A DNA stretch of 64,000 nucleotides, taken from positions 5,642,001 to 5,706,000 of the forward strand of contig CP075495.1 of the NCBI GenBank assembly GCA_021613535.1. Reading direction: 5' to 3'. The notes below the pieces were generated by a model. It was not told where the DNA came from, did no database searches, and saw nothing but the letters and a program-made list of their open reading frames with translations. The translations under genes were made by a program, and so were the position numbers. The stretch is from Adineta vaga (Eukaryota; Animalia; Rotifera). Below, piece by piece: positions 26,501 through 39,828 of the stretch. Position 1 is the first letter of the stretch; each line of letters opens with the position of its first letter.

Positions 26501-29500
26501 TGCAGTCTTCAATAAGCAAATTTAATTCAAAATCTAAGTATATCAAATAACAGAAACTTACCGGCCAATTATGTTACATCACATGTACCATCTTTGTTAT
26601 CTTTACATTGAATTTCAGCTTTCGAACTACCTTCGACAGCAACAGAAAGACCACCGGAACCAGCATCTTTGGTAACAATACGAAAGTTACATGGTTCATT
26701 ACAAACACCATGACTAAGACCAGGTCCATATGCAGTCACATAACCAGTTTGAACTTTATCAACATGAAATTTGAATGGAGAACCAGCGATTGGTTGTCCT
26801 TGATAGAAAACATCTAACTCATGTAAACCAATTTCCGATGGTTGATATTTTATGGAAACAGTTCCGTCTTGATTATCATCAATAAGTGGAGTATGAAATT
26901 TACCATTTGGTGTTCGAATTAATGCTAAAAAGACATTTTTATCATGTAGTTACATATTACAATCTAACAGTTATATGACAAAAATTCTTTCAGATCTACT
27001 TGTGAATAGTACTCATCATTTATTAATTCCATAAAAATGAAATTATTCTCATAGGAAAGAAAAAAGGTTTATTTTATATCATACCAGTTATTTCGCCAAG
27101 TTGACCTCCACCTACGGGTAAACGAAAGTCGACAGGACGATATTGACTTGTTGTGGTAGTAGTAGTTGTTACGGTTTCTGTTGTTTGAGTACGATTATAT
27201 TTATTGACGTCGCCAGCCTGTTTATACAGAAGAGAAAAGAAAAAGAACAGTAAATATATGATGTATATACAAAGATAATTTATGTGACTAAGAAGAAGCA
27301 GGATGGTGCTTGAAATATGAAGTGAAAGACAATAACTAGATTGAACTCGCAATCGTATCTGGAAATGATCGATATTCTTTCTTTTCTTCTTTAATCTTTT
27401 CTTTTTATCGATACTTCTATTCTATAATCTTAAACGATTTATGAATTCGTTTGACATATATGTGAGATAATTAAGTTTAAATATACGCATACCTCAACAT
27501 CGTCTGTACCCTAGAAGAAGAAGGATAATATAAATCAAACGATAACTCATCATTTTGTACATGAAATTCTTTTAACTATGTTCATCATAGATGAAGAAAT
27601 CAAAGTAACAGATTATATTTCAAGACAAACATTCATATTAATAAAGAAAATATGTTGTCAATAGAATAGAAACTTATTTGAACATACCGTAATGACGAAA
27701 TCACCGCCTGGGATATCTTGTCCACCAAATTTAATTTTAATAACATAATTTCCTGGATTATGTGGTGTGTAAAATAAATTAAATGTTCCATCTTCATTAT
27801 CAACAATGTCAATATCAAGATCATTGCCAGCAGTTGAACGAATACGACATGTTACTGCACCTGGACCAGCTTCATGTGTATCGACAGTAATGGTATATTC
27901 TTCACCTATTTGAACATTAGGATTGATGCCACTGCCTAATGAAGACAAAACAGTCATTAATTAATAAAAGTTGAAAAGAAAATCAAATCATATACCGGTA
28001 ATGTGGCATTTAGTTGGATCTCCAGTAGGCTCCACTTTTACGTTGAATGGAGAATTATGAACTGGAATACCACCATAATTAACATTAATTATATATCGAC
28101 CAATATCATTTGGTTTGTAAATTACTTTATATGTACCGTCTTTATTATCGATTAATTTGGAAGTAACTAAAACACCTTCAGGATTCTAAGGAGAAAAATG
28201 TTTATAATAATGAAAGAAAAAAGATTATTTTTGCTTTCATTACTTTGATCGAAACTTCCGGTTGTTCAAGACCAGCTTCACGTGTATCAATACGAAACGA
28301 TGTTTCAAGTGATGCTGGAATACCGTTACGAATACCAGGTCCGTCAACAATGACTTTTTGTGGTTCAAAATTAGGTAAGACTTGAACGTTGAATGGACTA
28401 TAGAGGTTTAAAATTTAGTTTTTATTTGATATTTTGAATTATATAAATACATACCTTTGACGTACTGGTTTATCGCTCCAATTAATATCAATACGATGTG
28501 GTCCTTCGGTTTGTGGAGTAAATTCTGCAACGTAAACACCGTCTCCTCTAGGTCGAATGCTAGCTGGTTTTCGTCGGCCTATAGTACAAAACAAAAGAGA
28601 ATTGTGCGTGCTCCTTATCAAATGGAACAGGCTGAAAGAAAAAGAGAGAAAGAGAAAAAAAGACGTTATGTTTGCTGCTTAGATCGAAAATCAACTTCAT
28701 GTGTGAAAATAAAGAAGAAAAGGAATAAAAAAAACTGTATATGATATTGTTCATTCGAATCGAAAGAAGAGATGAATAGGAATATAAGCCACTCAAGTTG
28801 TTCTCATATGTCGAATTACCTTATCAGAGAATATGAAAAAAAGTGAGATTGAAAGTGAGAGAGAGAGAGCGAAAGATTTATCATCGTTTCAATTGAACAA
28901 AATCGATGAAGGTTGAGAACTTTTTTGGCACGCGCGCACGTACTTCTCAATACATATATATATATGTATATAAGATGAAATATAAAAAGCAAACGATGAA
29001 GAAGAAAAGGTTAATGAAACTCGATTAGATTGTAATGGTAGCACCGTCCGTCCTTCATTGCCTTGGTATTGCTTGTTACTTTCTTTTCTCCTCCTCTGAC
29101 TTCGATACCTATACATATTCTCTTCATCTTCATCTTTACCTTTCAATCAATCGACTTCTTTTTTAACAATGTTGTTTTCCTTTATCGTCTCCGTTCGATC
29201 ACTTCTTTCTTTTGGATTCAAAATCGATACAAGCGTAACAAGAATAAAACATACATCTCTATAAATAGCCTTCTTCATCATAAATAAATACATTTTAAAA
29301 TAAATGTACATATGCATTTATGATTGTTAACGAGCAAGGTAAAGCGTAGTTCTTCTTTTATCGAACAAAAAGAAAAGTCAAGAAAAGAAAAACGAAACAA
29401 GAAAGACTTACCATGTGAGTCAGTAATATCAATTGCTGGATTGCCTGGTCCAGCTGCTTGACCATCGATAACAATTTCTTGTAAAGTATTTGTTCGCATA

Positions 29501-32500
29501 GTAGAACTCATTTTAACATTAACACGATTAGCATCAAGTTGATCACGTACGTTAACATGAAATGGTGAACCTATATAATTAAAAATATGAAATGCATGAT
29601 AAACATTCGGCACTTTTATTATTTGCAAACAAATAACACTTTACCTGGGACATGTTGTTCTGCAAATTTAATTGCTATATCATATTGACCAGCTTTTGTC
29701 TAGATTAAAAATAGAAATTCAAAACATCAAAAAGCCTTGTCTTTGTTTGTCTTCATTGCTTACAGGTAAATATTCCATAACACAAGTACCATCTTGATTA
29801 TCTTTACAAACCATTTTGGCTTCTGACGGTCCTTCAATAGCTAATCCAAGACTACCTTGTCCAGCACCTTTCGTTTCAATCGTAAATGTTGTTGGTTCAT
29901 TGGTTGTTGCATTTTCTAAACCAGGTCCATAAGCACGTACACGTGTTGAATCACAACCCGGTACAGCATTAACGCGAAATGGACTATTTGGAACAGGAAT
30001 ATTTTCATAAGTTACATCCAGTTGATGCATGCCTATCAAACACTATTGATGAATGAGATATTCTTCTTTGTATTCAATTACCTGGTTCATATGGAGCATA
30101 TTGTACTTGATAAGTTCCATTCGTCATATTTTTAACTGGACATCGAACAGCTCGACCACTAGGTGATGTTAATAAACATTCAACACGACCTGTTCCACTA
30201 CCTGTCAGTGATTTAGCATCAACAGTAAATTCAGTTGGACTTTCTAGGAAGACTCCTAAAGAAAAATAAAAAAAAAATTTTTATAATTGAAATCACAAAG
30301 AGAAAGAGATAAAGAAAATATAAAGCATCCCATCATGCACCAAATAAAATGAGTAAAATCCATCACCGAATACGATATGTTATATTCTTACGGAAATGTT
30401 TAGAATGGCAGAGATTAATATAATAGCTTAAAAAGATCTAAAAGGGTATTTCTATGATTATGTTTTTATCTATCGGCATAAAAAAAATACTAGAAGAATA
30501 TTTTCTCCTTTCATGAGATATAGACGTGCATGTTTTTTGAACAAAACCACGTCAAACAGGCATTATGAGAAAGACAGAGAGAAAGAAGAAAAGCAATAGT
30601 AGTTTATGCAGGCAATATAGATCAATGGCAAGACAAGACATGCAGTTTTTCTATGATTAAATAGATGGTCGTTGTACTCGTTTGGTACACACCGTTTTTA
30701 TCAAGACCAGGACCGTAACAATGAATCGCACGTGTGTCCAGATCTGGTTGTACATTGGCATGAAATGGTGAACCAGCGATATGTTTGCCTTCATACAATA
30801 TATTGATATTGTAACTACCAGCAGCTGTATTTCATAAGATACGATGAAAAGACGTCAAAAAGAAAACGATCAAGATTGAAAAAACTACCTGTTGGATGAT
30901 ATGTAACACGACAACTACCATCGTTATTATCTTGATAATCAATTTTCGATTCTGAAGGTCCTTCAACTGTGACACCTAGCTGACCATTACCAGCACCACG
31001 TGTATCAACAGTAAAATCAGCTGGTTTATTGACAGTGCCTTGTGATAGACCTGGTCCATAGGCACGTACTTTACTTGCATCAAGTGGCTCAATAGCTGTG
31101 ACTTGTGCAGGTCGTACTGGTATTGTAAACACATCTGGTTCAATGACATATGCGCCTGGTTCAGGCACATTAAAGCGAAGATTATAACCTTGTGGTGCTG
31201 GTGTTATAATTGCATCTTGAATATTTCCCGATGGTCCAACAATACGCGCATGAATAGCATTCGCTGGTAACGGACCAGCTGCTAATGTATTTAATATTAC
31301 CTGTGCAGGCTGTCCGACAATAGGTGCTAAGATGGAGGAAAAGAGATAGAATGTTCTGGAGGAAAGGTTAGAGTGTGTATTCTTTCATATTTAGAAGCAT
31401 ATATATATATATATATAGTCATAACTGAATTTCTTTTGTTGAATATTACATGAAACGTTAATAAAAGTAAACTTACGTGTTTCGAGGCCTTCAATACGTA
31501 TTTTATTTACATCGACAGTTGGTTCCACATTGACTTTTAGAGGTGATATTGGTATTTCATTTTCAGCAAATAAAACACTAATACAATGAACTCCAGGTGA
31601 TTTAGGTGTATATGTTATTTCAAATGTTCCATCCTGTTTATCATCAATTGTAAATGGAAGATCTTGATTTTTGGTATCGATTAAAGCAATTGAAATATCT
31701 CCTGAAATGAATAAATCAATTATTTAATTTGTTTAATCGTTTCTTCCTATGTTATTCATATCTAATCTATGGATTTTATTAATCAAATGAGCAAGCAAAC
31801 AAGCAATTTAGTAAGTAAGTAGTGTAGGATTAGCAAAAAGGTATCTACCAAACAACAGCAACATTCACAAGTGTTACACGTGCTTTTGGTCTATATGTAG
31901 CATGTAATCCTTCATTTTTATCATCATTTTGTATAGCTAATAAACATTGTTGTTGATTATCTAAATCTTGAATATCAATTTTGTATGGAATTATATCATT
32001 GTCACATGTATCAATATCGAGAGAATCAAGTGAACGAAAACGATGATTGAGTTTAGTAGAAATCACTAAGAGCATGCAAAGAAGGTTAATGAATCATGCA
32101 TTTGTTAGTAAGTGAATAGATAGTTTAATATAAAGTGAAAAGAAAGAGTATTGAAGCAGAAAAGAAAGAGTAAAATTGTATTGCTAACCTGGTCCAGCTT
32201 CTTTACAGTCAACAGTAAAATGTGTTGGATTATTCATTTTCACACCACGTTCAACACCTGGACCATAAACACGTACTTTTGATGGATTAGATGGTTCTGT
32301 AGGCCAAACCTGTGAATTTAAAATAATTGATCACTATTTTCTTACAAAAGAAATCTTACGCGAAATGGACTCTTTGGTATTGCTACACCACCATAATCAA
32401 TAAGAATGCAATGACGATTTGGATTTGTAGGTGTATAACGGCACGTATAAGTACCATTACCATTATTTCGTACATGAACATCAACTGGTTGATATTCTTG

Positions 32501-35500
32501 ATCGATAGCTTGTACATGTAGTGGAGCATCACCAGCATTATGTGTATCGACAGTAAATTCTGTTGGTTTATTAATTATTTGTCCTGATGGTTCAATTCCA
32601 GGACCGTAAGCTTTAACCTAAACAGTAGTCCATGTTAGTCAAACAATCATTGATTGTTTCTTTTTCTTTTACTTTATTTGCATCGAAGTTTCCAGGTGGC
32701 TCAATCCAAGCCATATATGGTGAGTGTGGTATATCTTCTTCATTACATAAAATATGTACTGCATATTCACCTGGAATTGTTGGCCAATAACGAACATTCG
32801 CTGAACCATCACCATTATCATTACATTCAATACGTGCTTGGGATGGTCCTTCGATTGAAAAGCCTATCAAACAAAAACGAATATTCAAATCGATTGAAGA
32901 ATAAAAAAACAAAAAAGAAAATCGAATTGCGTTCATGCATCATTCTTTTGCAATAGAGGATATACACGTCAAATAGACACTTACTAATATCGCCTAAGAA
33001 ATTAGTTCAATAATAGGATGTTATAGAAGAAAATAATCAAAGAAATCGATTTGTTTCACATACCTAATGAACCTGTTTCACCATTTGTTTCAACAACAAA
33101 ATCAGCTGGAAAACCAACAATACCACTTTCGAGACCTGGTCCAAATGCTCGAATTCGTGTATCTTTGAAAGGTGCTACCGATACAGGAAATGGACTTTTA
33201 GGTATATGAGCACCACCATATGTGATATTGACTGAATACGGTCCTGGACGATTTGGTACATAACCACATTCATAAGTTGTACTATCAGTTTTTGTTACAC
33301 GACATGGTATTTCCGAACCATCTAAAAGAAATACTTCTTCTATTGATCAATTGAACCATAGATGATTTTTACCTGGTCCCGTGATAGTTGCTTTCATTAC
33401 ACCTTCTCCAGCATCTTTCGTAACAACACGAAATTCTGCTACATCACCCGTACGAACACCTTTGGGTTGAATACCACGTCCGAAAGCACGACATTTTTTG
33501 GCATCAGATGCTGTAGAATCACAAAAGAAAAGAAAAACAAATATTAATATACATGTTTATAATATTCAGAAAAGGAAACTACTATTCCATCACCATTTTT
33601 TTAGCAAAATATCAATAACATTCCATCCGTATTCCCATCTATGAAAATGCAAACAAACCCCTCTGATATTTATACGTCGATGTAATATCGACATTCGTAG
33701 TACTTTTTGGTCGTTTGAATTCCGTAGATGAATAGTAACTCTCCTCGTTTGTTGAATGTCTATCCCTTATGTCAATCGATGAATAACGTGATGCTACTAG
33801 ACATAAGCATAAGGAATTTTTCGTTTTGTTTTTTCGTATCAAATAAAATAATTTTAAAAACAATTCTACATACACGGTGAAACATTGACACCATATGGAC
33901 TATGTGGTATAGGTCGGCCAGCGAAGAATACATTTACTGAGTGAAGACCAGGCTCACGTGGAACATATTCACAGCGAGATTTGCCAGGTCCTGTCTGTTT
34001 GACTGATACAGGAATAACATTTTCTCGACCATGTGCATCAACAAGAACAACTTCAGCAATACCATTACCAGCATCTATAAATAACAAACACATATAATTC
34101 ATGGTAAGAATAAATTTGTCAAAACAAACTTGTAGCATCAATTTCAAACCATGTTGGTTTATCAACCATAACACCATTTGGTTCTAAACCAGGTCCAGTT
34201 GCACGACATTGACTAGCATCACCTGATTTGCCTTCAATAAATGGTGAAAATGGAGATTTAGGTACTTCTTGTCCAGCAAATTTCACAATAACCTAGTACA
34301 TATCAATATGTTTTCTTTTAGTAATTTTATCTATTTGATATTACTCTATATTGTCCTTCCATTGTTGGATAATATGTGCAATCATATGTTTGATTTTTAT
34401 CATTACGAGGAATCACATCGCACTAAATGACAAAAAAAAATATATATATATACAAATATTCCTCGAAAATATATCGGTTTACTTTTTCTTTTTGTCCTTT
34501 TGGATTGAGAACCAACACATCGACAGTACCTTTGCCAGCAGCAAAAGTTTCAACATGAAATTTAGCTGGCGCATCAACATGATTACCAGTTGGTTCAATA
34601 CCTAATGAGAAAATAAATTAAATAATTATCCAAAATCCATTATTTACACAAACGTGAACAATAATGAATACGTTTAATCCATTGTTCTTCGATCGTATTT
34701 TGTGATTTTTTTATATGTCGTTTAAATGTATAAGATTTCGTACTACCAACTACATCCGATGAACTCATTATTTAAAATGACTTTTAGAAAGAATAGGAAA
34801 GGCAATGACCATGAATGAAGAACAATGGTTAATGAAAAGAGACGGGAAAATGGCATCAGCTGCTCTCTCTGTCCCACTCTCTCTCTCTTTCGCTCTTCTT
34901 TGAAGATATGATCATTTTTGTTGTACCAACCTTTGCCATAGCATCGAACACGCGCTGAATTTGTCTTTGGTCGAATGGGTGCACCTGGTTTTAATTTAGC
35001 ATTCGGATATTGTGATAAATAAGTCATCATCGATTGTTCATCAACTTTAGGATTAATCATTTCATGTGGCTCAATTAATTGTGGTATACCTAACCAACGT
35101 TCAGCTAAATCCATAGCTTCTTTAGCATTTTCCAATGCATTCTTTGGATCACGATCATTCCAATCCGGATAAAGTCCTACAGAATAAAACATGTTGATGT
35201 ATAGAAAGAATTATTTCTTCTTTTGTTTCTTTTAATGAGGATTAAAATGTCTACATATATATATATATATACACATACCTGGTGCACATGCATCAACGAG
35301 TGCACCAATAGCACGACCATCATTCCAGTCAGATGTAAAATTTGAAATTGGTAATTCTGGTGGGAATTTTTCTTGAATCCAATTCATTAGTTTTTGTTTT
35401 GGTGTAACATCTTTGCCTGAACCAGGTCCATCGGGTTGATCGAATTCCCACATAGGTAATGAAATTGAATAATGTAAAATTAATGTCCATATCAAACCAA

Positions 35501-36727
35501 GAATCAGTTTTAATTTACCATCGACAATATGTGAAGCATCTAAATATTTCAAAGATATTTTCGTTTGAAACAATAAATCGTAAAGAAACGAGACGACCTT
35601 GTTTTTATAGTAATAGCATGTGAGTCAAAAATGATTGAGCAATAAAAGTTACATGATGAACAGATTTACGTGACGTATCTCACAAAGGTTTGAAAGAAAA
35701 ATCGATATCAAGATGCATTCTGACGTTAATTGCATAGTCAGATACCTTGAGGATATGTCAATTCAATCTTCGAAATAATCACTCATTTTTACACTAAATA
35801 TTAAACAATATCAATCGCGTTATAAATAACTTTTGAGATAAAATCTTATAGAACAATCACAATAAAATATTTTTTTATTACATAGATATTTAAACGCAGA
35901 CAGATTTTTCTTTTGTCTTCTATTCAAATCCTTCAATTTATTTATATTTAGAAAAAAAAATCTTTATTCTGTCCAGTTCAGTGCTTCATCGAATGCCTAC
36001 ACATGTTTCTTCTATCGCGTGTGTATTTTTTTCCTCTATTCGAGTTAATTTGCTTTTCTGGAATCTGACACCTTCTGTTTTCTAATAATAAATTCGGGCA
36101 GAGTTTCTTTTAAATAGATCATGTAACAAAATGGAAAATTTTATTTTCATTTTTTCTCAAATATGGTTTCTACTAAAAGATTTCTATAAACTATATAAAA
36201 TAAACTTACCTATATTAACAAGACGTATACGTTCAGTATTTTCCAAGAAATCTAATACGACAGAGACATTTTCTAATTTTTGTGAACGAAAATTTGGTCG
36301 TTTGTTGTAACGTGGAACTTTCTTTTGAGATAAAACTTCAATTAATGCAATTAGATTTAATCCATCACCTAATTCAACTTGTAAATCATCAATGTGACGA
36401 GTAAGTAATTTTAAATGTTCATTTGCCCAACGTGTAAATGTATTTTGTTGTATTCTTTTCCATGGAGCATCATCTGCTAATTCTCGCTGCATATCTTCAT
36501 AAAATTCTATATACGAGGTAAAAAAATAAATGATTTCAATGTCAATACTATTGATTAAAGATAAGATGAAATAACAGGCATTTTTCTTCTTTCTTTATTT
36601 ATTTACCTTCTTCAGTACGTCCAAATTCGTCTTCTTCAGTAGGTTCACTCTGTTCGTTGTGTTGGGGATTTTCAGATCCGCCTCCTCCACCTCCACCTGA
36701 ATAGCCGTTTGCCGACTGGTTGTACAT
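23525..36727 (-). CDS. FLN: Filamin (two CH domains plus roughly 22 Ig-like filamin repeats, two hinge inserts)
   Basis: [44 protein letters not shown], repeated [11 protein letters not shown] / IEGPS.A.I / HIPGSPF units; start MYNQSANG at 36727; ends [12 protein letters not shown]. Confidence 0.97.
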
Positions 36728-39700
36728 AGTTGACATTTTTTTTCTTTTTCTTTCTGTTCAAAAGTTTTTTTTTCTTTCTTCTTATTCTTCTTTAACGACG
36801 GCCTGCAATAATAGTTGAATTGGTTATACGTTTTCGAACCGTAGATGTATGATTCACCTAGTAAATGAGAAGAAAAGAAAGAAAAACAGAACAAATGAAA
36901 CTTTTTCAAAAAAAAAATTGGTTTATATGTCTCTTATTTGTGTATGTGTATGTGAGTGAATATGTATATACATATGTGTATACGAAAGAAACGAATAGAA
37001 TAAAAATCTCCATCACAATCACAAGCCTCTATTAAAGAAGTAGTCAACATACGTAAAACAGAGAAGAAATGAAGAGTGGAGAGACAAAGGCACTTGCGTT
37101 AAATGTGTGCACGCGATGAAATATTTTGATAAAAACAAAAGAGAATGACTTAAAACACAGACAAACATAAACTCATGCAATCAAGAAAAATACCACTATG
37201 ATCAAGATTTCTAGTCATTTTTTTTTGTAAAAAATAAACGAAATCAAATGATTAATCTCATCTAATTAAAACAACAAAAAGACAAATTGTCTTTGTGGAG
37301 ATAACTATAGAAGCATAACCAATGAAATGACTCAACAGGAATTGTACACTTTTAAAATAAGCGACATCTCCCTATTAATTGATACAGTAGTTATCAACTG
37401 AAAGTCGAAACGAAAACGTGACTAGCCGACAACACATATTTATATACATAGATATACATAGATATAAATGAATGTTAACTAGCCTATCAAGAAAAGGGAA
37501 ATATGACTATCTTTATAATGACTATTGTATGCTATGCTTGCTAAAATAATTTCTGTAATTATACATGAAATCTAGCAAACAATTTAAATACTTCTACAAC
37601 TACAATACTTCATTAAATACAATGCAAAAACAACGAATCAAGAATGTTTTCTTCCTTAAATGACGCATCGAAATACTGATTCACACTTTCTTATTCATAT
37701 TTGCATGTATGAGTTTGAAAAGGCGAACTATGTAGGAGTATTTATTCATAAATATTATTAACTTAAATGGTTATTTCTTTATAATGAACAACATAAACAA
37801 AACATTTATCTAGTCAATCTAAACTTATTCTATTAGGATATCAAATGAATATATCTCTAATCTAAATGCGTCGATTTTTCTTTTGACATGGACAAATACA
37901 TAATGAGCAACATTTCATCGCACGATAGCATATCGATGGTCTTTCTTTTTTCTCTTGACTTTCGACATGGCATTGTGTTGAGCACTCGATGAGTGCCATC
38001 GCTGATCTTGTACAAATCGACAATGTCAAAAGAATTAGGACATTCAAAGAAAATCTATGCTTCTTACGGGAAAAGTTATCTTTTAATTATAACTGATGTT
38101 CAGTTCAACAAAGAATTAGTGTGATACAGCTGTAAAATGATATTTTAACATGTATCGAAGTTTTGGTTACCTTAATATGATTATAGATCGTATTCACTGT
38201 CATTTTTTCTCTCTCACTCTCTCACTTTCTTTTTTTCAACCTAAGTTACTCTCAAGTGTGTGCTAGTGTAACAAAGATTATTCCACTTCAAATTCAAGTA
38301 CACTTTCTAACCTTTTCGTCTTCTTCATACTGACAGAGAGAGAGAAAGAGAAAGAGAAAGAAAGGGAATTCCTCCTATTCATATGTTTATAGTTGCAACC
38401 CAAGATCCTATGTATAATATTATTACCTTCGTTTTCCTTCGAACAATTTCTAATTGAGCAAACGTTCTACTACGTAGTTACGATTGACGTGAAAACAAAA
38501 AAAAGTATATTAACATACTGAGATTAGGCTAATGTATATGTACACATAGAAGACAGAATATATTTCAAATATAGAAACATCTTTAACGTGGGCAGTCTAT
38601 GTGTCGCAAGAGGAGGACAAATCTCAAGAAAAACATAGAATAAGAAAGGCTATTTTCTTTTCTTCTTGACTTCAAGAGATAAAAATAGAATAAGAAAAAG
38701 GAAACACCATCCCAAATAAATATATTTCTATGCTTTACATGTCGAAATAAAGAAGTTTCTTTTTTTTCTTTCTCTGCTTCTTTCTATTTAGTATCAGTCA
38801 TTCATGTAGAGAAGAACATCAGAGAGAAGCGCCATGTAATAGACAGGATAACCCGAAAGAAAGAAAACGGCATGTACACGTATGGCTAAGACAAAGACAA
38901 AGACAACAACAATAACACGGACAGATAAAATACCAGTAATATCCAAGCATAGAGAAAAATTCCTTTTCTTCTTCTTCTTCTTCATCTTCTCTATGTATAC
39001 ATATGTAATAGAGAAAAAAGAGAAAAGAGGGAAGATATTACATTGCTTTGCTAAATGTATATGTATATGTACATATATTGCCCTCATTGTTGTGCACGCC
39101 ATACATATCTCATACTTTGTAGCCAGTTGACTAACTACAATGTATTAGTAAGAGAACATGACTATCGTGCTGATTGAAATACATACACATAATAGAATAG
39201 AGAAACGTAGGTTGGAATGAAAATAATAGTAACAGTATTATCAGCATTTATTTCTCTTTGAAATATTCTATTTTTATAAACGAGTATGTGACATAGTCAT
39301 AAGATGAAATTGAAGAATTTGTACATATGAATAATTGTAAATTTACATTTTTTTCGAACAGGTATATATATATATGATAGAAATACACCAGACATGAGTC
39401 CTATCTGATTAGTCTGTTCTCTTCTTTCCTTTCTCTCTCTTTGATCAATATACTATTTCTGTTTTTCTATTTATCGGACAACCTATATTACATTAATAGT
39501 ACAAGCAAACTTACAAAAAAAAAGAATATAATTGATATTATGTAGTAAATATCATCATTAAATTCATTTACATTTGTCTGCTATAACCAGAAATAAAGAC
39601 GTACAAAATAAGATAAATGAGAGAAGCACTGCAGGTGATATACTGTTTTTTTCTTCTACTCCATGATGGTATAAACATATCTATATATGTTGTTATCATT

Positions 39701-39828
39701 TTTGTTAATTAAATAGAAAGTTTTCTGGGAGGATATATCCAAACAAAACTAGATACGATAATTGATATTGTTTTATTAGAATACGAGAAAGAAAAAAAAG
39801 TACAGAAATAGAGATACAGAAATTTGAA

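Noticed and set aside
36730-39800. Short ORFs in the 3-kb spacer upstream of filamin (37862, 38794, 38882)
   Set aside because: Low-complexity AT-rich and microsatellite translations; the region is better explained as filamin 5' regulatory and UTR sequence.
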